From contig CALRFD010000003.1 in NCBI GenBank assembly GCA_943356485.1, positions 7,702 to 71,701 on the forward strand: a stretch of 64,000 nt of DNA. Direction: 5' to 3'. Positions 35,753-45,949 of the stretch are shown here, one piece after another. Numbering within the stretch: position 1 is the first letter of the stretch; each line of letters starts with the position of its first letter. The DNA comes from Patescibacteria group bacterium. GTDB taxonomy: Bacteria; Patescibacteriota; Microgenomatia; Daviesbacterales; UBA10151. Position numbers and translations under genes: made by a program. The notes beneath the pieces were generated by a model. That model searched no databases, was not told the origin of the DNA, and worked only from the letters and a program-made list of their open reading frames with translations.

Positions 35753-37237
35753 TCAAATTCTGCAAAAATCCATTGACGGCTCAAGCCATTTTCTGCCGTC
35801 AGCTTCGATAAGTTCATCAGCTTCTTTTGGTCCCCAGGATCCCTGTTTGTAGCTATGTGCTTTTGGTTTATCTTTTATTAACGGATCAATAAAAGACCAC
35901 TGTGCCTCAACCTCTTCAGCTGTGTTAAAAAAGGTTTTATCTCCGCGGATAGTATCTGTCAGCAATCTTTCATAAGGATCAGGAATATAGTGGGAGTGTG
36001 GGTCAAGTTTATAGCAAAACTGCATATACTCATCTTCCAACTCAAGCTTATGACCGGGTTTTTTGGTGACAATTTTTAAAACTATTCCTTCATTAGGCTG
36101 GATTCTATAAATTAGTACATTTGGCTCATCACCTGAAGTAAGTCCGTGAAAAAGCCTGCTGGGGGGGTTTTTGAAAACTATAGAGATCTCTGTTACAGTT
36201 TGTTTTAGTTTTTTCCCGGCTCTAATATATATTGGGACGTTTTTAAACCGCTCACTTTTAATGTAGGTTTTTATAGCGTAGAAAGTTTCTATTTCAGATT
36301 TAGGATCAACGTTTTTCTCGAGTCTGTAATCCTCATACTGTCCAAAAACTGTTTTTTGAGCTAAAGGCTGAAGTGATTGTAGAATCTTTAACCTTTGGGT
36401 TGTAACTGCTTTACTTGAGAATTCAACAGGACAATCCATGGTGGCAAAGGCCAGCATTTGCAGCTGGTGGTTTTGGCCGACATCTTTTAGGGCCCCTACA
36501 GCATCATAATATCCACCCCTGGAGCCTATCCCAAAATCCTCGGATGCGGTAATCTGTATATGGTCAATATAATCTTTATTAATCATCGGTTCAAAAATAT
36601 CATTTGAAAATCTAAATGTTAGAATGTTTTGAATAGTTTCTTTGCCTAAATAATGGTCTAATCGATAGATTTGATCTTCGCTAAAGTATTTAAGCAATAA
36701 ATTATTTAAAGCCCGGGCAGATTGTAGATTTGTTCCTATTGGTTTTTCTATCATTAATCTGACAAAGCCATTAGTTTGTTTATTCATTTTTTGAGAATTA
36801 AGATTTTCAAAAACATGGGAGTATAGGTCAGGGTAAGTTGCCAGGTAATAAATTCTATTGTCACAATTATTTCCTGATTTTGTAAGTTTGTTTAAAAAGT
36901 CATTAAGCCTTTTGTAAAATTCAGGGTTATCAAGATGTCCGTCAATATAATGCAGTCTCTTGGCAAGATCCTCAAAGACCTCTTCCTTGATCGGGTGCGT
37001 ATGATGCAGGTTGCGTCTGTGTAAAACCTCATGGACGTATTTTTTGAAATCATCATTATTCATTACCTTTCGGGCAACTCCGATGATAGACATTTTCTCA
37101 GGCAGAAGTCCTTTTTCCGCCATATCATAGAGTACTTGAAGCAGATATTTTTGGGCAAGATTACCCGTAGCTCCGAATATAACCAGTGCAAATGAATCCA
37201 TGGGTAAAACATTACCATTTTTTAAGCCTTGTGTCAT
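35753..37237 (-). CDS. zwf: Glucose-6-phosphate 1-dehydrogenase
   Basis: IFGATGNLA, IEKPIG, YRLDHYLGKE, DVGQNH; start codon uncertain. Confidence 0.95.
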   Translation of the reverse strand: MTQGLKNGNVLPMDSFALVIFGATGNLAQKYLLQVLYDMAEKGLLPEKMSIIGVARKVMNNDDFKKYVHEVLHRRNLHHTHPIKEEVFEDLAKRLHYIDGHLDNPEFYKRLNDFLNKLTKSGNNCDNRIYYLATYPDLYSHVFENLNSQKMNKQTNGFVRLMIEKPIGTNLQSARALNNLLLKYFSEDQIYRLDHYLGKETIQNILTFRFSNDIFEPMINKDYIDHIQITASEDFGIGSRGGYYDAVGALKDVGQNHQLQMLAFATMDCPVEFSSKAVTTQRLKILQSLQPLAQKTVFGQYEDYRLEKNVDPKSEIETFYAIKTYIKSERFKNVPIYIRAGKKLKQTVTEISIVFKNPPSRLFHGLTSGDEPNVLIYRIQPNEGIVLKIVTKKPGHKLELEDEYMQFCYKLDPHSHYIPDPYERLLTDTIRGDKTFFNTAEEVEAQWSFIDPLIKDKPKAHSYKQGSWGPKEADELIEADGRKWLEPSMDFCRI

Positions 37238-37260
37238 TATGTTAATATTAACTGACAACT

Positions 37261-38184
37261 ATGGATAAGATAATAAGCTTGGATGAAGACGTATTAACAA
37301 CACTGGATTTCTTTACAAAAAATCCACCTCCGGATTTTGATATTAACGAATTTAACCTGCCCTTTGTCATTGGCTCCGGGAATGCTTACAACACCGGTTT
37401 GATAATTTTCTCCGGATGCTCGGCCATATTTGCCGATGAGAGCAACTTCAAACAACTAATTTCAGCTTTTAAAAAAGCAATAGAAGGCAAATTAATAACT
37501 CAGGCAGTGATTATCTCTGCCTCAGGTGAAAAAGACTCTGTTTGGGAAGTTGAACTGGCCAAAAAATTTGGCCTTGTTACCACCCTTCTAACTACAAAAG
37601 GGCAATCCTCCAGCGCTAAGTTAGCTGATAAGGTTTATGTTTTTGAGTCAATTGATGAGCCCTACACTTATAACACCTCAACTTATATGGGAATGATCTT
37701 ATCCTCTACTAAGGAAAAACCGGAAGAAATAAAAAAATATCTTGAGGCGCTTCAGTTTCCGGATAAATTTAGCAGCTACAGAGCTTATTCGTTTGTGATA
37801 CCGGATAAATATATGCACATCTGTCCGATGCTGGATATAAAAAAAAGCGAGCTGTTTGGTTCTAACCTTTCGATGAGAGCTTTTAGTCAGGGTCAGGCCA
37901 GACATGCAAAATTTGTTATCAGATCCAGTGATGAGTTAGTAATTACTTTGGGTGAAAAAAATGAATACTTTGGAGAACCGGACAGCAGGTGGGATATAGC
38001 GCTTTCGAAAGATACGGGTTTTGCCGCTATTATGGCTATTACTTACTATATTGTAGGTAAGATACAAATTGCCAAGCCCCAATATTTTAAAGAAAATATA
38101 GCAAGCTATGTTAATGACTACGGTCCAAAAGCATATGGATCAAATAAACCTTTTGATTTAATCGTTCCCGGCTCCAAGGAATAG
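37261..38184 (+). CDS. SIS-domain phosphosugar isomerase-like protein
   Basis: VIGSGNA, IISASGE; located in the sugar-phosphate cluster. Confidence 0.65.
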   Translation: MDKIISLDEDVLTTLDFFTKNPPPDFDINEFNLPFVIGSGNAYNTGLIIFSGCSAIFADESNFKQLISAFKKAIEGKLITQAVIISASGEKDSVWEVELAKKFGLVTTLLTTKGQSSSAKLADKVYVFESIDEPYTYNTSTYMGMILSSTKEKPEEIKKYLEALQFPDKFSSYRAYSFVIPDKYMHICPMLDIKKSELFGSNLSMRAFSQGQARHAKFVIRSSDELVITLGEKNEYFGEPDSRWDIALSKDTGFAAIMAITYYIVGKIQIAKPQYFKENIASYVNDYGPKAYGSNKPFDLIVPGSKE

Positions 38185-38186
38185 AC

Positions 38187-39371
38187 TTACTCATATCTTA
38201 ATGCGGTAATCGGGTCTAACTTGGCAGCTCTAATTGCCGGTGCAACTCCAAAGACAATTCCAACGATCATTGAAAACCCAAAAGATAATAAAACTGACCA
38301 AAGGGGGACAGTGGTGGTAAAAAAGATGCCGATTATAAAAGATATTCCAACCCCAATAATAATTCCTAAAACCCCGCCTAATCCGGATAAGGTTAGCGCC
38401 TCAATTAAAAATTGGTTTCGGATATTATCCGGAGTTGCGCCGATCGCCTTGCGCAGTCCAATCTCCCTTGTCCTCTCGGTTACAGAAACAAGCATAATAT
38501 TCATGACCCCAATCCCTCCAACCAGGAGTGAAATTGCGGCAATTCCTCCTAAGGCTGCAGTTAATACACCTGTAATTTGAGAGATGGTAGATAAAGCCTG
38601 CTCCTGGGATTGGATTGTAAAATCATCTTCAGTAAGCCTTTTTTTTAAAATATTTATGGCTTTTTGTTGAATTGACTTGACGTTTTTGGAATCATTTGCA
38701 GAGATGTAAATTGTGTTTAGATTATTTAAACCAAACTGCCTCTGGGCTGCGAGGAATGGTATATATATTGAATTGTCCTGGTCAATGCCGAAAAGCGAAC
38801 CTCTTTTGTCTACAACCCCGATGATGGTGTATTTTATTCCACCTACATCCATAACCTTTCCGAGCACTTCAGAGTTATTAAAAAGGTTCTTTTTTACTGT
38901 TTGACCGATTACTGCTACTTTTCTGGCAGAATCAGCATCTGATTGTTTAAAAAACCTGCCTTCAGTCAGCTTTAGCGCGCTTATGACTTTAGGGTATGTT
39001 GCTTCTACCCCGAAAACTGCTGCGCCTTTATCATTTTTATTGGTGTACTTAAGGGTAGTGCTTCGCTGAACTGCAGCAGAAATAACTGCCTGTCCGCTTA
39101 ATTTAGCCGCTAAATTTGTAGCATCCGTATAAACTAACTTATTTGCCTGTACTCCTCCCGGTGACCGCGCTCCACCGACTCTTCCGGGGATGACAAACAT
39201 TAAGTTAGATCCTAAGCCTTGAATCTGGCTGGTAATAAAGGTCTGAAGGCCGGTTACAAGAGATATCAGCAAAATTACAGACATTACGCCAATTACAATT
39301 CCCAGTACAGTTAAAAATGAACGCAGTTTATTTGCTAATATTGCAGTTAAAGACAATTTTAAAGTTTCCAT
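38187..39371 (-). CDS. MacB/FtsX-like ABC permease
   Basis: [43 protein letters not shown]. Confidence 0.93.
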   Translation of the reverse strand: METLKLSLTAILANKLRSFLTVLGIVIGVMSVILLISLVTGLQTFITSQIQGLGSNLMFVIPGRVGGARSPGGVQANKLVYTDATNLAAKLSGQAVISAAVQRSTTLKYTNKNDKGAAVFGVEATYPKVISALKLTEGRFFKQSDADSARKVAVIGQTVKKNLFNNSEVLGKVMDVGGIKYTIIGVVDKRGSLFGIDQDNSIYIPFLAAQRQFGLNNLNTIYISANDSKNVKSIQQKAINILKKRLTEDDFTIQSQEQALSTISQITGVLTAALGGIAAISLLVGGIGVMNIMLVSVTERTREIGLRKAIGATPDNIRNQFLIEALTLSGLGGVLGIIIGVGISFIIGIFFTTTVPLWSVLLSFGFSMIVGIVFGVAPAIRAAKLDPITALRYE

Positions 39372-40045
39372 TATTTTATAATCTCTCCATCTTTTAGCCT
39401 AATAATTCTCCTGGCATTCCTGGCAATATCGTCTTCATGGGTAATCATTATTATGGTCTTTCCCTCCGCGTTTAGCTTATGGAATATCTTCATAATTTCC
39501 ACTCCTGATTTTGAATCCAGGTTTCCGGTTGGTTCATCTGCCAAAATTATTTCCGGATTAGTTACAAGAGCCCTGGCTATTGCTACTCTTTGCTGTTGGC
39601 CTCCTGATAACTGATTAGGATGAGAATTTAGCTTTTCACTTAAGCCTACTTGCAAAAGAGCCTGCTTTGCCCTTTCCATTCGCTCCGACGAGGCTACTTT
39701 AGCATAAATTAATGGTAGAGCTACATTATCAATAGCTGATGTTCGAGAAAGCAGGTTGAAGGATTGAAAAACAAAACCAATTTTTTTATTTCTTATTCCT
39801 GCCAACTTTCCTTCCTTAAGGTGAGAGGAATCTTCTCCGTCAAGAGTATAAGATCCGCTGGTAGGATGGTCAAGTAAACCGATTAAGTTCATTAGAGTTG
39901 ACTTGCCGGAACCTGAAGCGCCGATAATAGCTACAAACTCACCTTTTTTAACTTCCAGGTTTATGTCCTTTAAAGCCTGGAATGATACCTCTCCGGTTTG
40001 ATAAATTTTATTTATCTTTGAAAGTTTAACCACAACTTTACTCAT
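39371..40045 (-). CDS. MacB/LolD-like ABC ATP-binding protein
   Basis: [26 protein letters not shown]. Confidence 0.95.
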   Translation of the reverse strand: MSKVVVKLSKINKIYQTGEVSFQALKDINLEVKKGEFVAIIGASGSGKSTLMNLIGLLDHPTSGSYTLDGEDSSHLKEGKLAGIRNKKIGFVFQSFNLLSRTSAIDNVALPLIYAKVASSERMERAKQALLQVGLSEKLNSHPNQLSGGQQQRVAIARALVTNPEIILADEPTGNLDSKSGVEIMKIFHKLNAEGKTIIMITHEDDIARNARRIIRLKDGEIIK

Positions 40046-41082
40046 TTGTTTAACTTAGTTCCTGGTGCCGGGGGACTCAGAAGAACCTTATCTCCCTCAC
40101 TTAAGCCTGATTTTACCTCTACATCAGTATCTGAGGAGATTCCAACTTCTATTTTTTTCTCGACCAGTTTGTTATCCTGCGAAACTACAACGCTTTGATC
40201 TTCCCTCAATGCCTCCTGTGGGATCGTTAAAGCATTGTTGGATCTGGCATAAATAATTGCCGACTCACCGGATAAGCCGTTTACAAAAGTGAGCTTAGGG
40301 TTATCTAGAATAATTCTGACTGTTACAACTGTAGCGCCGGATGAGGTAGTTTTTGTTTGAGGCAGGATTTGATCAACCATACCTTTAAATATTTCTTTTG
40401 GATATGCATCTAAGCTAACTTCAGCTGGGGCACCTACTGTTATGTGATTAATATCAGCCTCATCCACATCAGTATCAAAGTAAATTGAAGAAGTGTCGAC
40501 TACTTGTGCTATTAGGTCTGTCGTGGTGATATTTTGCCCTGTAACCTGAATGGCTTGAGTAACTATGCCGGATAAAGGAGAAGTAATAACAGCTTCCTCA
40601 AGCGCTCTTTGAGCATTTTTTACGCTGTCAAAAGCAGAGTCCCTTGTTGCCTGGGCTGTTGTCCTGGTTACTTTTTGGGCAAAGGATTCATCTGATGAGT
40701 GATCCTTTACATCATCGACTGCTTTCTCCGCAATTGCCTGTTTATCCCGGTAAGTATTTTGTGCCTGCTGCAATGCTATTGTTAGCTCTTTAGTATCTAA
40801 TCCGGCGATTGTCCGGTACTGCTTAATCGGATCTCCAATTTTTACATTTATAAAGGATAGCTTTCCAGAAGATTTAAACTTCAAGTTAGCTATATTTTTG
40901 CCTGTTAGATTGCCTGAGGATGAGACTGAAGAACGGATATCCTGTTTTTTTACATTAGTAAATTGCAAAGGCGTCTGTTTCTTTCTCCCAAAAAACCAAA
41001 ACCCTAAACCAGCCAGAAGAACTAAAGCAACCAGAATAATTAACTTTTTTCTGCTTGGTTTTAAAAGGTTTGGGATTTTCAT
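40042..41082 (-). CDS. Efflux membrane fusion protein (MacA-like)
   Basis: N-terminal TM, coiled hairpin, SPLSGIV, EVKSGLSEGDKV. Confidence 0.9.
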   Translation of the reverse strand: MKIPNLLKPSRKKLIILVALVLLAGLGFWFFGRKKQTPLQFTNVKKQDIRSSVSSSGNLTGKNIANLKFKSSGKLSFINVKIGDPIKQYRTIAGLDTKELTIALQQAQNTYRDKQAIAEKAVDDVKDHSSDESFAQKVTRTTAQATRDSAFDSVKNAQRALEEAVITSPLSGIVTQAIQVTGQNITTTDLIAQVVDTSSIYFDTDVDEADINHITVGAPAEVSLDAYPKEIFKGMVDQILPQTKTTSSGATVVTVRIILDNPKLTFVNGLSGESAIIYARSNNALTIPQEALREDQSVVVSQDNKLVEKKIEVGISSDTDVEVKSGLSEGDKVLLSPPAPGTKLNK

Positions 41083-41135
41083 TAAGTAGTTATTTTAACT
41101 CTTTTCAGCCTTAAATAAAATCCACCAAACTCTTA

Positions 41136-41172
41136 CTCACCTGGGGGGTGTATTAGCTTGACACCTAGGGAA
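41136..41172 (-). repeat. REP-like repeat family B, inverted copy upstream of RAYT-2
   Basis: CTCACCTGGGGGGTGTATTAGCTTGACACCTAGGGAA. Confidence 0.85.
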
Positions 41173-41192
41173 TTTTGTTATATTTTTAATAT

Positions 41193-41858
41193 ATGCCAGG
41201 GAGATTACTACCCTTAGTTACGAATGAAATATACCATATCTACAATAGGGGGATTAACCGGCAACCGACTTTTACAAATAAAAGAGAATGTGATAGGGCT
41301 ATTGAGACTATAAAATTTTATAGATTTGCTGATTTACCCTTAAGATTATCCAAATTTCTTTTACTTGAACAGAAGAAACAAAAGGAAACCGCTGAAAGTT
41401 TAGCTAAATCACTAGTAGAGATTCTTGCTTTTTGTTTGATGCCAAATCATTTTCATTTTTTGCTTCGGCAACAAGAAGACGGCGGTATTGCCACATTTAT
41501 AGGTAAGTTTCTAAATAGCTACACTCGATATTTTAATACTGTAAATAAGAGGGATGGTTCTCTATTCCTTGACCAGTTTAAAGCTGTTAGGGTGGAAACT
41601 GATGAACAACTGGTTCATGTTTCAAGGTATATCCATTTAAATCCATACACAGGTTATGTTATTAAGACTCTTGATGAGCTTCAATTATATCGATATTCTT
41701 CATTTAAGGATTACATTGATAATGATGAAACATTTGTTACAACAGACTTGATTCTAGGACTTTTTAAGGATAAAAATTTGTATAAGCAATTTGTTCTCGA
41801 TCAGGCAGATTATCAAAGAAGATTAAAGGACATTGAGCATCTTGCACTAGAGGCATGA
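41193..41858 (+). mobile_element. REP-associated tyrosine transposase (RAYT) no. 2
   Basis: YHIYNRG, LAFCLMPNHFHFLL, RYIHLNP; paralog of 7863-8534. Confidence 0.9.
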
Positions 41859-41861
41859 TTT

Positions 41862-41899
41862 TCCCCTAGGTGACCTATATTCTACACCCCCCAGGTGTA
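41862..41899 (+). repeat. REP-like repeat family B, copy downstream of RAYT-2
   Basis: TCCCCTAGGTGACCTATATTCTACACCCCCCAGGTGTA. Confidence 0.88.
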
Positions 41900-41905
41900 T
41901 TTTGC

Positions 41906-43096
41906 TCAGCGCTTTATGAACAGAACTGCATTTGGGATATTTCTGCCAGGTCCGGCTTTATAGCCACCAGACCAAAGAGCTGTTGATCCGCCTTCATCTA
42001 AATTTAGCGCTTGATCGATGCCTAAAGTATGCAGAACCTTCGCGCTCTCACCCATGGTGGCGTTATAAATTACTCCGATATAAACATTCTTACCTTTTGT
42101 GGCAATAAATGACCTGGCACCCTTTGCCCCAAATTTCGGCTCATTAGCTGCCTCAGTAAAGTTTATGTTGCCTCCGGCTATCAAAAGTGGGTAGTTGGCG
42201 ATGACTGAGTCTACTCCGGTGTCACGTCCCCATTCCAGGGACTGGCTAACAAACCTGCCGGAACCAGGAGAAAAGATAGCTGCAGGTATAGTTGAGTAAA
42301 CATTATTGTCAGAATTAAAATAGTGTTTATTTTTATTCATTAATAGCGTATCAAAAGAATTAGTTTTACCGGCGCAGCTGGGATATTCAGGTGGGCAGAA
42401 AAAGGATCCATTTATGCCGGCAAAAGCTCCATTTCGGGAAACATAATCAGCTAAGGGCATTACCGGACAATTATTAGCACAATCTGATTCAGATGCCGTA
42501 TCAACAATAACTTTGGTTGAATTTAAGTCTGCAGCAATTATAGCCACAGGATAATTTTGTCCATCAGTACTGACTGTTTGATATGAAAAACCACCTCCCG
42601 GAGGGTTGTTGCTAGCCTGCGCATTACTAGTTGTTGTAGTAGAGGATGTATTAATCGCTAGTTTAGCCTGGATTTGTTGGATTTGAGTGTTTAAATCCGC
42701 TAAAGTGGCTGAACCTGAAGCATAATTTTTATCTGCCAGATATTTAACAATTTGGGCATACAAGGGGTCTAGCTTTGAAGTATCCTGTTTTTGAGCCTTT
42801 AAATCAGTCAACTTCTCGTATGTAGAAGCCGTATCGCTATATGTTTTATTTACTTTTTTAATTTCATCTTCCAGAGCGTCATTTCTTTTCACCTGGTCTA
42901 CGTTTTTAAGCTGATCCAGCTCCTTGTTTGACTCTGCCAGATTATGCTCCAGATTTTTCTTGTCCTGCTGGAATTGATGAAGGTTTTGATAATAAAAGGC
43001 ACCAGCAGACAGAGCAGCAACTATACTTACACAGGCTAAAACAAGAGATATTTTTTTGGTTATTAATAAAGGATAGAGCTTATTAAGTATTTTCAT
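41906..43096 (-). CDS. Phosphodiester glycosidase (NAGPA-like) protein with TM anchor and coiled coil
   Basis: AGINGSFF, ARSFIA, ALNLDEGGSTAL, RNIPNA. Confidence 0.8.
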   Translation of the reverse strand: MKILNKLYPLLITKKISLVLACVSIVAALSAGAFYYQNLHQFQQDKKNLEHNLAESNKELDQLKNVDQVKRNDALEDEIKKVNKTYSDTASTYEKLTDLKAQKQDTSKLDPLYAQIVKYLADKNYASGSATLADLNTQIQQIQAKLAINTSSTTTTSNAQASNNPPGGGFSYQTVSTDGQNYPVAIIAADLNSTKVIVDTASESDCANNCPVMPLADYVSRNGAFAGINGSFFCPPEYPSCAGKTNSFDTLLMNKNKHYFNSDNNVYSTIPAAIFSPGSGRFVSQSLEWGRDTGVDSVIANYPLLIAGGNINFTEAANEPKFGAKGARSFIATKGKNVYIGVIYNATMGESAKVLHTLGIDQALNLDEGGSTALWSGGYKAGPGRNIPNAVLFIKR

Positions 43097-43105
43097 TTTG
43101 ATTTA

Positions 43106-43179
43106 GCCTCACAAGTCTTCGACCCTGAGGGCTTTGACGGTGAACTCAGTCTAATCGCTCAGACCCGAAGGGGCGAGGC
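43106..43179. repeat. Nested palindromic element overlapping the gmk stop
   Basis: GCCTC...CTTCG..CTGAG...CTCAG..CGAAG...GAGGC. Confidence 0.55.
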
Positions 43180-43726
43180 CTTGCGTGTCTAATATTGTGA
43201 TTATTTTATCCATTGTTTTATCTAGCTTTCCCGGCGTATTCTCTAATACGTAATCATAATTATTTCTATATTGCTCCCATATACTCTTATCATCCTGCAT
43301 ACGTTTTTCTATTTCGACACTACTTAAACCACGCATCCTTAGTCTTTGGAGAATAGTTTCATCATCTGTGTTGATATATATAACCAATAATTTAGCATCT
43401 CCCAATAATTCTCTTACTGATCCGGCGCGGGAGGGATCTATTTTCCAGATTAGGTTCTGAGTATTACTTAGAAATTGTGATTTCTCTGTACCATACAAAT
43501 TGCCGCCATATTCGACATATTCTAAAAATTCTTTGTTTTGAACCTTTTTTCTAAATTCATCTTCCGAAAGGAAGAGATAATCTACTCCGTTTTTTTCTCC
43601 CTGCCTTGGTGTTCTGGAGGTTGTAGTAAGCACTTTTTTAAAAGCAGGATATTTTTGTAGAATATTTGAGATAATTGTATCTTTTCCGGAAGCTGTTTTA
43701 CCTGTGAGGATTAGTATTAAGCTCAT
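43151..43726 (-). CDS. gmk: Guanylate kinase
   Basis: GKTASGKDT, TTSRTPRQGEKNGVDYLF, EYGGNLYGT. Confidence 0.92.
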   Translation of the reverse strand: MSLILILTGKTASGKDTIISNILQKYPAFKKVLTTTSRTPRQGEKNGVDYLFLSEDEFRKKVQNKEFLEYVEYGGNLYGTEKSQFLSNTQNLIWKIDPSRAGSVRELLGDAKLLVIYINTDDETILQRLRMRGLSSVEIEKRMQDDKSIWEQYRNNYDYVLENTPGKLDKTMDKIITILDTQGLAPSGLSD

Positions 43727-44091
43727 TTTCTATCTGATAAGGATGTTAGACTCTCAAGAGAAAAGTCTTTATAGATAATCTTTTTATGACCTTTTGGCAT
43801 GTTCGTTAATCCCTGGATAATTCCGCCTACGAGTATTCCTCTGGTAAACATAAAATCCAATATTCCGGTGGTGGCGTAAAATGAAGCAAATAAAAGTATG
43901 GACAGACTCACCCAATGGTGTAGGTGGAAAACCCTTCCGAACATATAAACTCTTATTGCAGGAAAGATATGCACTCTTTTTTTAATTATAATATTAGGCA
44001 TCTTTTTTCTAAATTTAGACCCCGGGTGAGACGTGACCTTGAATGTAAGGTAACCTAATGCTGTTGCAGGTATGATTGATAAATATTCCAT
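43723..44091 (-). CDS. Hypothetical membrane protein
   Basis: HLHHW motif, hydrophobic segments, coupled to gmk. Confidence 0.65.
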   Translation of the reverse strand: MEYLSIIPATALGYLTFKVTSHPGSKFRKKMPNIIIKKRVHIFPAIRVYMFGRVFHLHHWVSLSILLFASFYATTGILDFMFTRGILVGGIIQGLTNMPKGHKKIIYKDFSLESLTSLSDRK

Positions 44092-44285
44092 AAATAAGTT
44101 CTGTATTTATTCTATGACAACCAACTACTAAAAATCAAATTGAGCTTAAATAGTTATTGTTTTAAAATACAATAACTTATTATAGCAGAAAATAATAACA
44201 ATAGCAACCTATAGTAGATAAGTAATGATTCAGACTTTTTGATAAGTACCTGAAAAAAATTAGCCTCTTCTGATATAATCAACAT

Positions 44286-44837
44286 ATGAAGCTAAAAATT
44301 AAGAGTGCCCTGAGGATTTGGTTTCCAGTTGCATTTGTTGCAACAATACTTTCAGTTCTAATCTATCTGTCAATTCAACAAAGCTTTAGGCTCTCCGCAA
44401 ATGATCCGCAGATTCAAATAGCTGAGGATAATGCCCAGCTTTTATTAAATGGTAAAAGTGTTCAGGAAGTTATCGGTCAACTTCAGGTAGATATCTCAAA
44501 GAGCCTTAGTCCCTTTATTATTATCTTTGATGACTCTACAAAGCCGGTCGCCTCACAGGCAGTATTAGAGGGGAGAATACCGACTCCTCCAACCGGAGTT
44601 TTTACTTACACAAAGCAGCACAAACAGGATCGAATTACCTGGGAGCCAAAACCTGGTGTAAGGATAGCTGCAATTTTAGTGCATTTTGAAGGGGCAAATC
44701 CGGGTTTTATTTTAGTAGGCAGATCCCTTCGGGAAACTGAAAATAGGGAATCTCGCCTGGGTTTACAGGTACTTTTGATCTCTTCTTTAGCATTAGTAGG
44801 CTCACTGGCAGTAGGGGTAATTAGTACAATTAAGTAA
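44286..44837 (+). CDS. Hypothetical membrane protein (two TM, sensor-like loop)
   Basis: N- and C-terminal TM helices. Confidence 0.65.
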   Translation: MKLKIKSALRIWFPVAFVATILSVLIYLSIQQSFRLSANDPQIQIAEDNAQLLLNGKSVQEVIGQLQVDISKSLSPFIIIFDDSTKPVASQAVLEGRIPTPPTGVFTYTKQHKQDRITWEPKPGVRIAAILVHFEGANPGFILVGRSLRETENRESRLGLQVLLISSLALVGSLAVGVISTIK

Positions 44838-44853
44838 GTGGTATAATGTTTTA

Positions 44854-45093
44854 ATGAGTACACAGGATTTTTTAAACATCTTTCTGGCTATAGGTTTTAT
44901 TGTAATAACTATTTGTGTTGTGTATGCATCCTACTATTTTGTACAGGCGCTAAAATCAATAACTGATTTAACAGAGAATATCGATGAAACAACCCAAAGT
45001 ATAAAAGATAGACTTCAAATGAAGGCTTTGGCAGCAATACCTGCACTTTTAGTAAGTTTAGTCGCAAGGATTATAAAGAAGAAAAGGGGGTGA
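44854..45093 (+). CDS. Small membrane protein
   Basis: TM plus coiled coil; TGGTATAAT promoter. Confidence 0.6.
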   Translation: MSTQDFLNIFLAIGFIVITICVVYASYYFVQALKSITDLTENIDETTQSIKDRLQMKALAAIPALLVSLVARIIKKKRG

Positions 45094-45102
45094 AATTAAT
45101 AT

Positions 45103-45372
45103 ATGGCAAAAGATAACAAAGGAGTAAATCCTCTGGCAACAGGAATTGCCGGGGCAATTATTGGCGCAGCTGCCGGAGTAGCAGCTATGGCATTGTCTGA
45201 TGAAAAAAATAGGAAGAAAGCAGAAAAAGTTTTAGGAGATTTGGAAAAAGAAGGCGCAAAGGTTTTTCAGGAGATTAAAAGGGTAGCATTGGAGCTAAAG
45301 GAAAAAGGAGTTAAGCAGTCACCGGAGGCTAAAAAAAAGTTAAAGAAACCGCTTAAGAAAAAGGTGGGGTAG
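45103..45372 (+). CDS. YtxH-like small protein
   Basis: GAIIGAAAGVAAMAL followed by a charged helix. Confidence 0.6.
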   Translation: MAKDNKGVNPLATGIAGAIIGAAAGVAAMALSDEKNRKKAEKVLGDLEKEGAKVFQEIKRVALELKEKGVKQSPEAKKKLKKPLKKKVG

Positions 45373-45907
45373 TTTCTTTGGATTGGGTTTTTAGACTGCG
45401 TACTTTATCATTATCGTCATCATCCCGAAACGATTTATCTACGATTTGATTGATTAAGCTAATGGTTAATTTATCAGAAAATCCTCCGATAAATGCAAAT
45501 ACGTCCAGCAGTTCAGTGTTTTTAATACTGGAAGTGCCATTTAAAAATATTGATCCACTTACAGCCAGGAAATAAATTAAACCTCCCATGACAACACCAA
45601 TTACAGGCTTTGCTACAATCCAGGAGGTAAAATTTGTTTTATCCAGTGTGTGCGGATGATATGCCAGCTGATAAAGTACACCCATCATGCCTCCGATAAA
45701 TGCCCATTCCAAAACATCAATTGGGACATAAGCTATAGAAAAACTATGCTGATTCCATAAAAGATAAGTTCCAACAGAGATTATAGTTAAAAAAGACACG
45801 GTGTAAATAAAAGTAATCCAAAAAAGTTTAAGGCTTTGCACTCTTATTTTTTTTCTGGATTTTTTTAAAGGTTTTTTTTGTGGCATAGTCTCCGGCAACT
45901 TCCGCAA
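45353..45907 (-). CDS. Hypothetical membrane protein
   Basis: WAFIGG...KPVIG...AFIGGFSD multi-TM pattern. Confidence 0.6.
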   Translation of the reverse strand: MRKLPETMPQKKPLKKSRKKIRVQSLKLFWITFIYTVSFLTIISVGTYLLWNQHSFSIAYVPIDVLEWAFIGGMMGVLYQLAYHPHTLDKTNFTSWIVAKPVIGVVMGGLIYFLAVSGSIFLNGTSSIKNTELLDVFAFIGGFSDKLTISLINQIVDKSFRDDDDNDKVRSLKTQSKETTPPFS

Positions 45908-45949
45908 TATATTATTATCGGCTAGTTCCTGTCAACAGCTGCCCTTCCT

